Positions 8,450 to 16,794 of a stretch of DNA of 64,000 nucleotides are shown here, piece by piece; the first letter of the stretch is position 1; each line of letters opens with the position of its first letter. The DNA lies in the NCBI GenBank assembly GCA_965221155.1, contig OZ244869.1, positions 4,895,321 through 4,959,320 on the forward strand, read 5' to 3'. Position numbers and translations under genes: made by a program. Under the pieces are notes generated by a model. It did not search any database, was not told where the DNA came from, and saw only the letters and a list, made by a program, of their open reading frames with translations. The DNA is from an uncultured Candidatus Binatia bacterium (GTDB lineage Bacteria > Desulfobacterota > Binatia > UBA9968 > JAJDTQ01).

Positions 8450-9382
8450 GTGATGCAAAAAGCCCGCTTAGCGCTCATCGTCCTTCTCGTGGGTATCGTA
8501 CCCATCACCGCCATCATCGGCGGCGCCTGGCTGTACTTCCGCCCGCAACCCGTCGCGCCCCCGCCGAAGGCGTCGCCACCGCCCAAGCCCCTGCCGGTGG
8601 TTCTCACCGCCTCCAAGGACATGAAGGTCGGGAGCCTGATCACCGCAAACGACATCGTCTGGTCGCCGCTGAAGAACGGCGCCATCCTCTCGGCGCACAT
8701 GCTCAAAGGCAAGACCGAGCCGGACAATGTGGTTGGAGCCGTCGTGCGCAGGGCGGTGTTCAAGGGCATGCCGCTGACCTGGTCGTCGATCGTGCGCCCC
8801 GGCCAGTACGGTTTCCTTGCCGCCGCCCTCAGGCCCAACCACCGCGCCGTCACCATCCTGGTCAACCGGGCGACCAGCCAGGCCGGGTTGATCTATCCGG
8901 GCGATCGCGTCGACGTGATCCTCACCGTGAAGGTCAACGAAGGGAATACGCGCAAGACGAATACCTTCACCGGGACGATTCTTGAGGACATCCGCGTCGT
9001 CGCCGTCAACCGCCAGGTAGAGAGCAGCCTGAGCAGTCAGACGCAGTCGAGCAGGAACGCTTCCCGAAACGGCGCCAGCACCATCACGCTCGAGGTGCTG
9101 CCGTCAGAGGCCGAGCGTCTGATCCTCGCCACGTCCAGGGGTGACGTCTCGCTCGCCATGCGCTCCCTCACCGACGCCCGGCGGCGCGAAAAGCGGGCGC
9201 CCACCGCCTTCGAGAACCTGCTCACGCTGCCGTCGATCGAGGCCAAACCGAAAGAAACCCCTCCCCCCAAGCCAGCGCCGACGCCCGTCGCCGCCCCTCC
9301 GCCACCTCCGAAGGAACCGACCCAGGTGCGCGTACAGATCTATCGAGGCAGCGCTCACGAGGAAGTGGTCCTGAAGAAATGA
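8450..9382 (+). CDS. cpaB: Flp pilus assembly protein CpaB/RcpC
   Basis: N-terminal TM helix, Pro-rich linker, SAF/CpaB-like body (VVLTASKDMKVGSLITANDIVWSPL ... RVVAVNRQ). Confidence 0.75.
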   Translation: MMQKARLALIVLLVGIVPITAIIGGAWLYFRPQPVAPPPKASPPPKPLPVVLTASKDMKVGSLITANDIVWSPLKNGAILSAHMLKGKTEPDNVVGAVVRRAVFKGMPLTWSSIVRPGQYGFLAAALRPNHRAVTILVNRATSQAGLIYPGDRVDVILTVKVNEGNTRKTNTFTGTILEDIRVVAVNRQVESSLSSQTQSSRNASRNGASTITLEVLPSEAERLILATSRGDVSLAMRSLTDARRREKRAPTAFENLLTLPSIEAKPKETPPPKPAPTPVAAPPPPPKEPTQVRVQIYRGSAHEEVVLKK

Positions 9383-9436
9383 TTAGTGTCCTGTCCGGTT
9401 CAAACCCGCCGGCGTCCGCCTCGTTCGATACCGCGT
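9383..9436. repeat. remnant: MITE-type terminus TAGTGTCCTG fused to a half-REP (GGTTCAAACCCGCC)
   Basis: Sequence ttagtgtcctgtccggttcaaacccgccggcg. The same TAGTGTCCTGT(C/G)CCGG-REP junction occurs at 33855-33912. Confidence 0.4.
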
Positions 9437-10426
9437 TTACTTGGAGCCCAGTCCCTGTATCGCCTCTATCGCGACCAGGAAGGCCGGGCCGCCCATCAGC
9501 AGGATAATACCCGGCACCACCAGCAGAAGCATCGGAAGGCTCATGATCACCGGCAGCCGCCCGGCCTGGGCCTCGATACGGGAGGCCCGCTGCAAGCGTT
9601 CGTTCCGGGCGATGTTCTGGATCGACTGACTCATCGGGGTGCCGTAGCGCTCCCCCTGAACGACGGTCATGGCGAAGTCGCGCAGCCCGTCGGCCCCGGT
9701 GCGCGTGTAGAGTCCCTGCAGCGCGCTCTTGCGGTCGGCGCCGAGGCGAAGCTCCGCCTCGACCGACCCCAGCTCCAGGGCGAGCTCAGGGGCGAGGGGC
9801 TGGAGTTCCTGCGAGACCATGGAGAGGGCACGTTCGAAGGTGTATCCGGCCTCGACGCACAGCACCATGAGATCGAGCGCGTCCGGAAGCGCACGGGAAA
9901 GCCTGAGGCGCCTTCGAGCGCTCAGGCGCCGCAGTGCCATTTCGGGGAACAGCCCGCCAACCACCGCCCCGGCCAATCCGGCGAAGCCGATCAAGAACGG
10001 GTTTCCGTCAAACTGTTCCACCCCCGCGGCGAGAAAGCCGGCCAGGACGCCGGCCGCGAGCAACACGATGATCTTGAGCGACAGGAAAAACGCCAGCGCG
10101 TCGCGTTGCTGGAAGCCGGCCTGCCTGATCAGCTCGCCGATCTTGGCGCGCTCCGACGCGCCCACCGGCACCAGCGTGGCGGCAATGCGGAGTGCGCCGG
10201 CCACAACCAGGGACACGTACGACAAGGTGGCCGCGGCGTCCTCCTGGAGCTTTCCCAGCTCGCCGCATGCGGATATCACCTGCGCCCGCAAGGCCTCAAG
10301 GCGCCGGTCGAGGGCGAGTGCCCTGCGGCTCTCCCGGAACAGGAAACGGACCGCGGCGCCCACCGCGATCAACGACGCAATTGCGGCGAACGCAACGATC
10401 CAGGGTATCGGCGGCCACCCAATCAT
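9437..10426 (-). CDS. tadC: Flp pilus assembly inner-membrane protein TadC (T2SS-F domain)
   Basis: Track ORF 9437..10717 trimmed to ATG MIGWPPIPWIV (10424-10426), which overlaps the tadB stop (ATGA). T2SSF-like body. Confidence 0.8.
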   Translation of the reverse strand: MIGWPPIPWIVAFAAIASLIAVGAAVRFLFRESRRALALDRRLEALRAQVISACGELGKLQEDAAATLSYVSLVVAGALRIAATLVPVGASERAKIGELIRQAGFQQRDALAFFLSLKIIVLLAAGVLAGFLAAGVEQFDGNPFLIGFAGLAGAVVGGLFPEMALRRLSARRRLRLSRALPDALDLMVLCVEAGYTFERALSMVSQELQPLAPELALELGSVEAELRLGADRKSALQGLYTRTGADGLRDFAMTVVQGERYGTPMSQSIQNIARNERLQRASRIEAQAGRLPVIMSLPMLLLVVPGIILLMGGPAFLVAIEAIQGLGSK

Positions 10427-11367
10427 CGTCCGAACCGGGCGGCAATGCCGCGCGCAACCAGCAGCCCCACCACCACGAGCCCGACGCCCCAACGCAACAG
10501 CGTCGGGCTGTCGAGCAGCATTTCGACCGCGTGCGGGTTGGTGAGGCTCTGCGCGCCCATCACCAGCACCGGAACCGCGGACAACACCAGAAGCGTGATC
10601 CGCGTCTGCGCCGTGGAGGCCTGCGCCTTCATCTCCAGCTCCAGCCGGGCGCGCAGCGTCGCCGAAAGATTGCCGAGCGCGGTCGAGATGCCGCCGCCGG
10701 TGGTCCGTTGCAGGCACAGCGCGGCCGAGAACAGCGTGAACTCCGGAATGCGCAGGCGCGCCGCCATTCCGCGCAAAACCACCTCCGGATCGAGGCCGGA
10801 CGAGAGATCATCGGAGACCTGCTTCAGGAGGCTCCCGACCGGTTCCGGCGCCTCCTCGGAGACCACCGAGACGGACTCCACCGCCGGCAGTCCGGCCCGC
10901 GTGAGACGCACGACGTGGTCCACGATCTCGGGGAACTGCTTGACGAACTGCTTGCGCCTCCCCGAATCCCAGATTACGAGAAGGGACCAGCTTCCGGCCG
11001 CCCACGCCGCCGGCGCCAGGATCGGGGCAAGCGTCCCGAACCGGAGGAGGACCGCGGCCACCGCGGCCGCCACCGCCACCAGGAAACCCAGCGCGACCGC
11101 CTTGGAGAACGCCCCGCGGCCTTCGAGCATGCAGAATCGGCGGTCGATCCGCTCGGACACCCAGGACTTGGAGCGCCGGCGGAGGAAGACGCTGGCCTGG
11201 GCATCACCGTCGCCGGCCGCGCCTTCTCCGCCGAGCAGCGCCGCGACCGCGCCCAGCCTGCGCTCGAGGCCCGCCTCCGCCGGCCGACCGCCCAGCCACA
11301 CGACGACCCACGTCCCGGCGACCAGAAACACGCCGGCCGCGGCCGCCACAAACAGCAGCGGGCTCAT
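10423..11367 (-). CDS. tadB: Flp pilus assembly inner-membrane protein TadB
   Basis: Track ORF 10423..11727 trimmed to [16 protein letters not shown] (11365-11367) with GAGGGGG SD; overlaps the cpaF stop. Confidence 0.75.
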   Translation of the reverse strand: MSPLLFVAAAAGVFLVAGTWVVVWLGGRPAEAGLERRLGAVAALLGGEGAAGDGDAQASVFLRRRSKSWVSERIDRRFCMLEGRGAFSKAVALGFLVAVAAAVAAVLLRFGTLAPILAPAAWAAGSWSLLVIWDSGRRKQFVKQFPEIVDHVVRLTRAGLPAVESVSVVSEEAPEPVGSLLKQVSDDLSSGLDPEVVLRGMAARLRIPEFTLFSAALCLQRTTGGGISTALGNLSATLRARLELEMKAQASTAQTRITLLVLSAVPVLVMGAQSLTNPHAVEMLLDSPTLLRWGVGLVVVGLLVARGIAARFGR

Positions 11368-12746
11368 CTCACCCCCTCGGCCTCGTTGTTGCTCATCTGA
11401 AGCACCTCCATCAACTCGGTCCGCAAACCCGCCTTGTCGACCGCCTCCATCCAGGACGGTTGCCGGCCCGTACCCTCGAACTCTCCATCTGTCGTGATGC
11501 GCCACATCTCCTCGGTGATGGCGATGTCGTTCTCCATCCCCACCACGTCGGTGATGCTGGTGACGCAACGCCGGCCGGAACGCAGCCGCGCCACTTGCAG
11601 GACCATGTCGACGCTTGATGCCACCTGCTGGCGTATCGCGGTCAGGGGCATATCCACCGCCCCCATCAAGAGCATGTTCTCGAGCCGCGTGAGCGCATCG
11701 CGGGGGGTGTTGGCATGGATCGTGCACATGGAGCCCGGATGGCCGGTATTCATGGCCTGCAGCATCTCCATGGCCTCCGGGCCGCGCACCTCGCCGACGA
11801 TGATGCGATCGGGCCGCATCCGCAGCGCGTTGATCAAGAGCGCACGCATGGTCACTTCTCCCGTGCCCTCGGCGCTCATGGTGCGCGTCTCCAGCCGCAC
11901 CACGTGAGGCTGTTGCATCTGCAACTCGGCCGCGTCCTCGATGGTGACCAGCCGCTCGTCACTATTGATCTCGCGGGACAGGGTGTTCATCAACGTCGTC
12001 TTGCCGGCGCCGGTGCCGCCGGAGATGAGAATATTCAGACGCGACTTGACGCAGATGCGCAGCAGCCTGGCCATGGTCGGCGAGAGCATCCCCCCCGCGG
12101 CCAGGTCCTTGAGGCTGACGCCGGTCATCAGGAACCGCCGGATCGCGATGGTGGTGCCGTCGATGGCAAGCGGCGGAATGATGATGTTGACGCGGCTGCC
12201 GTCGGGCAGCCTGAGGTCCACCATCGGGCTCGCCTCGTCCACCCGCCGCCCGACCCAGCCCGCGATGCGGTGCGCGATGCGCAGCAGGTGCTGACCGTCG
12301 CGGAACTTGATGTCCACCGGCTCCAGCTTGCCGCGGCGCTCCACGTAAACCGACCTGAGGCCGTTGACGAGAATATCGGAGACGGCCGGGTCATGGAACA
12401 ACGGCTCGAGCGGCCCCAGGCCTTTGATGTCGTTGATCAGGCAAGCCACCACGCGCCGGCGGTCGAGAGGCGTGAGGTCCGGGACTCCGGCCTCCTCGGT
12501 CTCGATAAACGCCTGGAGCTGCGCCGCCAGATCGTCCAGGTTCAGTTTCACGGCCTGCGCCATGTCGACCGCCTTGGCCACGATAGGATGCACCCGCGCC
12601 GCGATGTCGGCGATCATCGCATCCGAGGTCTGCGGACGCAGGGGCACCGCGGCCACGGGAGCCGAGCCCGCGGCGGGGAGCGCGGGCCCCGGGCCCCCGC
12701 CCTCCTCGGCGGCCTTCGGGCGCCGTCCGAAAGATCTCAATGCCAT
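11364..12746 (-). CDS. cpaF: Flp pilus assembly ATPase CpaF/TadA
   Basis: Walker [10 protein letters not shown], Asp box, Walker B and His box ([14 protein letters not shown]); T2SS-E family. AAAGGAGAG SD upstream of the ATG. Confidence 0.9.
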   Translation of the reverse strand: MALRSFGRRPKAAEEGGGPGPALPAAGSAPVAAVPLRPQTSDAMIADIAARVHPIVAKAVDMAQAVKLNLDDLAAQLQAFIETEEAGVPDLTPLDRRRVVACLINDIKGLGPLEPLFHDPAVSDILVNGLRSVYVERRGKLEPVDIKFRDGQHLLRIAHRIAGWVGRRVDEASPMVDLRLPDGSRVNIIIPPLAIDGTTIAIRRFLMTGVSLKDLAAGGMLSPTMARLLRICVKSRLNILISGGTGAGKTTLMNTLSREINSDERLVTIEDAAELQMQQPHVVRLETRTMSAEGTGEVTMRALLINALRMRPDRIIVGEVRGPEAMEMLQAMNTGHPGSMCTIHANTPRDALTRLENMLLMGAVDMPLTAIRQQVASSVDMVLQVARLRSGRRCVTSITDVVGMENDIAITEEMWRITTDGEFEGTGRQPSWMEAVDKAGLRTELMEVLQMSNNEAEGVR

Positions 12747-12820
12747 CGCGTCTCTCTCCTTTCCGAGTGGACAACGTCCATCCCGAGACCTGGTATCGGC
12801 CGGTGGCGCGGTGCGAGCAC

Positions 12821-13390
12821 GGGCGGGTTTGAAACCCGCCCCTACATCGGATGTCCGGTTCCTACGCCCAGGAGGACGAGGCGTAGCGGGCGGGTCTGAA
12901 ACCCGCCCCTACATCGGATGTCCGGTTCCTGCGCCGCAGGAGGACGTGCCGTAGCGGGCGGGTTTGAAACCCGCCCCTACATCGGATGTCCGGTTCCTGC
13001 GCCGCAGGAGGACGTGCCGTAGCGGGCGGGTTTCAAATCCGCCCCTACATCGGATGTCCGGTTCCTACGCCCAGGAGGACGAGGCGTAGCGGGCGGGTCT
13101 GAAACCCGCCCCTACATCGGATGTCCGGTTCCTGCGCCGCAGGAAGGACGTGCCGTAGCCGGGCGGGTTTGAAACCCGCCCCTACATCGGATGTCCGGTT
13201 CCTGCGCCCAGGAGGACGTGGCGTAGCGGGCGGGTTTCAAACCCGCCCCTACATCGCATGTCCGGTTCCTGCGCCGCAGGAGGACGTGGGCGTAGGGGAC
13301 GGGTTTCAAACCCGCCCCTACATCGCATGTCCGGTTCCTGCGCCGCAGGAGGACGTGGGCGTAGGGGCGGGTTTCAAACCCGCCCGTGCC
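12821..13390. repeat. REP array A: 9 tandem ~69-70 bp units inside the tad gene cluster
   Basis: Unit is GGGCGGGTTT[G/C]AAACCCGCCC + CTACATCGGATGTCCGGTTCCTGCGCCGCAGGAGGACGTGCCGTAGC. The segments between palindromes are near-identical, so these are not CRISPR spacers. Confidence 0.9.
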
Positions 13391-13419
13391 CGCGCCGCGC
13401 TGCAGCGCGATACCAACTC

Positions 13420-14574
13420 CTAGGCCGGCTCCCGGTCCGCGCTGGAGGCGCCGGCCAGCGATACCGTCGGCCTTGTCAAGCTCTCGACCAGGCGGTCGAG
13501 GGCCTTGCGGTAACTCCTGCCGAGGGATCCGTCCGGCGTGCCGCGATTGGTCGCGCCGGGCAGCTTCGGCTCGAACGGTATGGTAAAGTCCGGCTCGCGC
13601 CCGGCCAGCGCATGGCTGATCTGCTTGGGGGCAAGCGCGCTCTTCCGCGCCCGCGTGTGGTTCTCCACCAGGATGGCGTCCCGCCCCTCGCCAAGCAGCA
13701 CGAGGGTGTGCGCCACGTGGTTGAGGCTCACCAGGGTCGGTTCGTAGACCAACACCCGCTCGTCTGCGTTCTCCAGCACCGGAACCAACGTATCGGCGTC
13801 CGACATTCCGTCCACCACCACCAGATGGGAACGATTGGCAAGGTGCTCGGTCAACCACTGGAGCGCGGCGGCGCCGGGCACCGGCGGCACCCCGTCGCCC
13901 GGCCGGTAGCCATAGACCGAGATCCGCGGGCCCGCCGCTGCGCACACGGAGTCGATCATGTCCGAGCCTGCCGGTTCGCCCTCCGCAAGCAGGCCGAACA
14001 ACTCGTCGAGTCCGGCCGCCGGCTCGACGTCGAGCATCCACGGCAGCGCTCCGAACGTCCGATCGAGATCAAGAGCCGACACATAGCTGCCTCGCGCCGC
14101 CGAAGCCTGCACCGTCACCGCGGCCAATGTGGTTGCGCCGCAGCCGCCGCCGCAGCCGGTGAAGGCAATCACCCGGCCGGCGTGCAGGCGTGCCGGGGCG
14201 CCCTCGCCCTCCAGCGCCGTCTTCACCGACTCGCGGATCTCGCGCACCGAGACCGGCTTCGGCAGGTAGTCGTTGACGCCGGTGGTGAGCAGCTCTCGGG
14301 CAAGGCGCGCCGTATCGTTGGATCCAACGGCAATCACCCTGGTGCCGAACTCGCAAACTCCAGCCAGCTCGTGGATGCTGCCGGCGGGGAACTGGGTCCC
14401 GTCGAGATCGACGATCACCACCTGCGGCGATGACGCCCCGGTCAGGTGCTTGATCGCCGCCGCCATGTCACCGCGGTAGACTCCACCCTTCTGGCCGTCC
14501 AACGCCTCACGCAGGACCCGCTCGGTGCCGGCATCGGCAGCGAATGCGCATATGTCCCGATCCTCGCCGTTCAT
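13420..14574 (-). CDS. cpaE: Flp pilus assembly protein CpaE/TadZ (receiver-like N-domain + MinD/ParA-like ATPase)
   Basis: Track ORF 13420..14652 trimmed to MNGEDRDICAF (14572-14574) to avoid a 58-nt overlap with the upstream gene. Deviant Walker A TGCGGGCGATT. Confidence 0.75.
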   Translation of the reverse strand: MNGEDRDICAFAADAGTERVLREALDGQKGGVYRGDMAAAIKHLTGASSPQVVIVDLDGTQFPAGSIHELAGVCEFGTRVIAVGSNDTARLARELLTTGVNDYLPKPVSVREIRESVKTALEGEGAPARLHAGRVIAFTGCGGGCGATTLAAVTVQASAARGSYVSALDLDRTFGALPWMLDVEPAAGLDELFGLLAEGEPAGSDMIDSVCAAAGPRISVYGYRPGDGVPPVPGAAALQWLTEHLANRSHLVVVDGMSDADTLVPVLENADERVLVYEPTLVSLNHVAHTLVLLGEGRDAILVENHTRARKSALAPKQISHALAGREPDFTIPFEPKLPGATNRGTPDGSLGRSYRKALDRLVESLTRPTVSLAGASSADREPA

Positions 14575-14594
14575 TCGGGCAAAACCACCGAGGG

Positions 14595-14918
14595 CTATTG
14601 GCCTGCCTGGAAGGCGGATTCCGGCAACTCCCGCACTTTCCCCTCCGCCCATCGCTGATAGGCTTGATGGAAGGTACCGCGGGAAGCCGCCGGCCGTTGC
14701 GCCGCGCCGGCCTTGAGATTCAACTCGTAGTGGGCCTGGTGATGGACAAGCGAGAGTTGCGCCCAGGCCGCGGCTTGCGCGGCGCTCGACGGGGGGTTGA
14801 CGAAGCTCGCCCGGTCGACGTCAATTGACGACGGCGCGCAGGCTGACAACGACACGACCACCCATCCCGCGGCGGCGAGCCGAAGCGCCCCGGGCGCGAT
14901 TCGCGGAGTTGCGCACAT
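14595..14918 (-). CDS. small lipoprotein in the RcpB/CpaD position of the tad locus
   Basis: Track ORF 14595..15002 begins inside a REP. The likely start MCATPRIAPGALRLAAAGWVVVSLSAC carries a lipobox. Its position between the secretin gene and cpaE matches rcpB/cpaD in canonical tad loci. Confidence 0.4.
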   Translation of the reverse strand: MCATPRIAPGALRLAAAGWVVVSLSACAPSSIDVDRASFVNPPSSAAQAAAWAQLSLVHHQAHYELNLKAGAAQRPAASRGTFHQAYQRWAEGKVRELPESAFQAGQ

Positions 14919-14943
14919 GGTAACGTCTCCTGTCCCCGGAGCC

Positions 14944-14997
14944 TGCGCCGCAGGAACCGGACATCCGATGTAGGGGCGGGTTTCAAACCCGCCCGTG
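14944..14997. repeat. single REP unit
   Basis: gcgccgcaggaaccggacatccgatgtaGGGGCGGGTTTCAAACCCGCCCgtg. Confidence 0.85.
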
Positions 14998-15055
14998 TCC
15001 ACTATCGCCTGGTGGGCCGATACATGCTTCCGGCGTTTCGTGAGTCTTCCACCGC

Positions 15056-16357
15056 TTAATAGCGATAGCCCTGGACGCGGCGGCCCGACGTCCGCTTCTC
15101 TCTATTTTCCGCGCGCGCTTGCGTCGAACCGATGAGCCTCGCCGTGACGACAACGATGAGCTCCGTCGAATTCGAGCGTGACGTCCGCTGGCCGAACAAC
15201 CGGCCCAGCGCCGGGATATCCTTGAGCGCCGGGACGCCGGCTTCCGTCGAATCGCTCTGGTTGCGGTAGAGCCCGGCGATGACGATGGATTCACCGTCCC
15301 CGACCTCGATCGTCGTCTCCGCGCGCCGCACGTCAATGACCGGTATCTCGGTATCGAATATCTTGAGGGAGTCGGTGCCTGCGCGCTGGGACACTTCCGG
15401 CCGCACGGTCAGGGCGATCCGCTTGCTGTTGATCACCGTGGGCACGAAGTCGAGCAGCACGCCGTACTTCTTGTAGTGGAAGGTGATCTGCCCGTCCTGG
15501 ACGCCGCTCGGCAGCGGATACTCACCGCCCGAAAAAAAACTCGCCGTCTCGCCCGAAACCGCAGTGATGTTGGGCCGGGCCAGCACGGTCGCGAGCCCCG
15601 CCGCGGCGAGCGCGTCGATCAAGCCCCGCACCGAAGTAGAACGCGAGGAATGGGACCCGAACAACGCGGACGACTGTCCTTCGGGAAAAATCGCACCGGC
15701 GAACGCGTCACTCACGAGACGTCCCACGCGAAAACCGAACAGGCCGTCTCCACGTTGGCTGAACGCTTCCCAGTTGATACCGAGGGACTCGCTCACGCTG
15801 CGCTGCACTTCGGCGATCTGCACCTCCAGGTTCACCTGCTGCGCGCTCGTGACGGAGATCCGGTTGATCACCGAAGCCTTCTCGGGCAGGGCCGCCTTCG
15901 CCAACTGCAACGCCCGGGCCGCCGCTTCCGCCGACGCCACCACGCCGCTGAGCTCGGCCCCCTGGCCCCGTTGGCGCACCTGAACGTCCCGGAGGTCCGT
16001 GTCTTCCGACAGAGCCGACCGAACCGGCCCCACGTCAAGCGCCACCGTCACCGTCCACCGTCCCACCAGGGCGCCGTCGCTCCCCAGCGCCGCCACCGAA
16101 GTCCGGCCGGCGGCCTTGCCGAACACGAACAGCACCTGCGACGAGACGACCTGCACGTCGGCGGTGGCCGGTTCGGCGACGAACACGGAACCGACGGGTT
16201 TGCCGAGCCGTATCATCCGGCTCTGGCCTACATGAAGGGTCAACGCGGCGCCTCCGCGCGCCTCCTGGCCGTAGCCGCTCTCGGCAAACATAAGGGCCAC
16301 GACGAGCGCAACACTCAGCCGGCACATGACGCGGGCGATGTTCTTCACCCGAAACAT
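15056..16357 (-). CDS. cpaC: Flp pilus secretin CpaC/RcpA
   Basis: Track ORF 15056..16414 trimmed to MFRVKNIARVMCRLSVALVVALMFAESGYGQ (signal peptide). Secretin C-domain (GETASFFSGGEYP ... LIVVVTARLI). Confidence 0.8.
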   Translation of the reverse strand: MFRVKNIARVMCRLSVALVVALMFAESGYGQEARGGAALTLHVGQSRMIRLGKPVGSVFVAEPATADVQVVSSQVLFVFGKAAGRTSVAALGSDGALVGRWTVTVALDVGPVRSALSEDTDLRDVQVRQRGQGAELSGVVASAEAAARALQLAKAALPEKASVINRISVTSAQQVNLEVQIAEVQRSVSESLGINWEAFSQRGDGLFGFRVGRLVSDAFAGAIFPEGQSSALFGSHSSRSTSVRGLIDALAAAGLATVLARPNITAVSGETASFFSGGEYPLPSGVQDGQITFHYKKYGVLLDFVPTVINSKRIALTVRPEVSQRAGTDSLKIFDTEIPVIDVRRAETTIEVGDGESIVIAGLYRNQSDSTEAGVPALKDIPALGRLFGQRTSRSNSTELIVVVTARLIGSTQARAENREKRTSGRRVQGYRY

Positions 16358-16406
16358 TGAAGGCCTCCAACCGCGACATCTCGAACGAATGAAGGGACCC
16401 AGGGCG

Positions 16407-16426
16407 GCCGGCACAACGATGCCGGC
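16407..16426 (-). terminator. GC-rich hairpin downstream of flp (possible partial terminator or attenuator)
   Basis: GCCGGCA-caacga-TGCCGGC: 7-bp stem, 6-nt loop. No clear U-tract follows. Confidence 0.25.
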
Positions 16427-16474
16427 ACGCCCCGCTTTACACCTGCAAGCCCGGAAGGAAATATCAACCGAGCA

Positions 16475-16699
16475 TCACTCGGGGCGTACTTGATCGGTTG
16501 CTATCGCGGCGCGAGTGGTTACGAGGTCCGCCGTCACATCGTCAATCATTCCCACGATCTGATCCTGGAACAGACCCACGGCCAGTCCGACGCCGACGAC
16601 GACCACGCCGACGATGATCGCGTATTCCATGGCGGCGACGGCCCGGGTGCCTCGCAGATACTGACCCACGTACCATGCACAGTTCTTGATGATGTTCAT
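16475..16699 (-). CDS. flp: Flp/Fap family pilin
   Basis: Track ORF 16475..16735 trimmed to MNIIKNCAWYVGQYLRGTRAVAAMEYAIIVGVVVVGVGLAVGLF. Strong GGAGGAG SD; Flp-type G/xxxxEY processing motif followed by a hydrophobic stretch. Confidence 0.8.
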   Translation of the reverse strand: MNIIKNCAWYVGQYLRGTRAVAAMEYAIIVGVVVVGVGLAVGLFQDQIVGMIDDVTADLVTTRAAIATDQVRPE

Positions 16700-16794
16700 C
16701 ACTTCTCCTCCATTTTTGTTCCTTGAGCGGAACACGTTTGTGGACTAACCGACTCTGCTTTGGCCGACTGCCCTGCTGCAATCGACATCGCTTG

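Noticed and set aside
9386-11497. 703-aa + strand ORF overlapping tadC/tadB on the opposite strand. Similar long antisense ORFs: 20233..22146+, 25605..26993+, 25582..26991-, 35113..36846+, 45439..46935+, 58348..59727+, 60294..62300+, 3001..3550.
   Set aside because: Low-complexity Arg/Pro/Ala-rich translations typical of antisense frames in ~70 % GC DNA. The opposite strand encodes strongly conserved proteins.
12821-13390. Regularly spaced 21-bp palindromic repeats looked like a possible CRISPR array (also 28875-29290 and 29885-30810).
   Set aside because: The sequences between repeats are nearly identical to one another, so they are not unique spacers. Periods are 70, 142 or 190 bp. No cas genes are present. 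The repeat is the genome-wide REP and is associated with a RAYT transposase.
13112-14433. Long track ORFs (13112..14041-, 13258..14433+, 30095..30613+, 30378..31754+, 29698..30471+ and others) with repetitive peptides GGFETRPY / AGLKPAPTS / GGFQTRPC.
   Set aside because: They are translations of REP units in a high-GC, stop-poor background, not proteins.
14595-15002. N-terminal part of ORF 14595..15002 (MDTGGFETRPYIGCPVPAAQ...).
   Set aside because: The first 28 codons are REP sequence. The gene more plausibly starts at the internal Met that begins a lipoprotein signal peptide.
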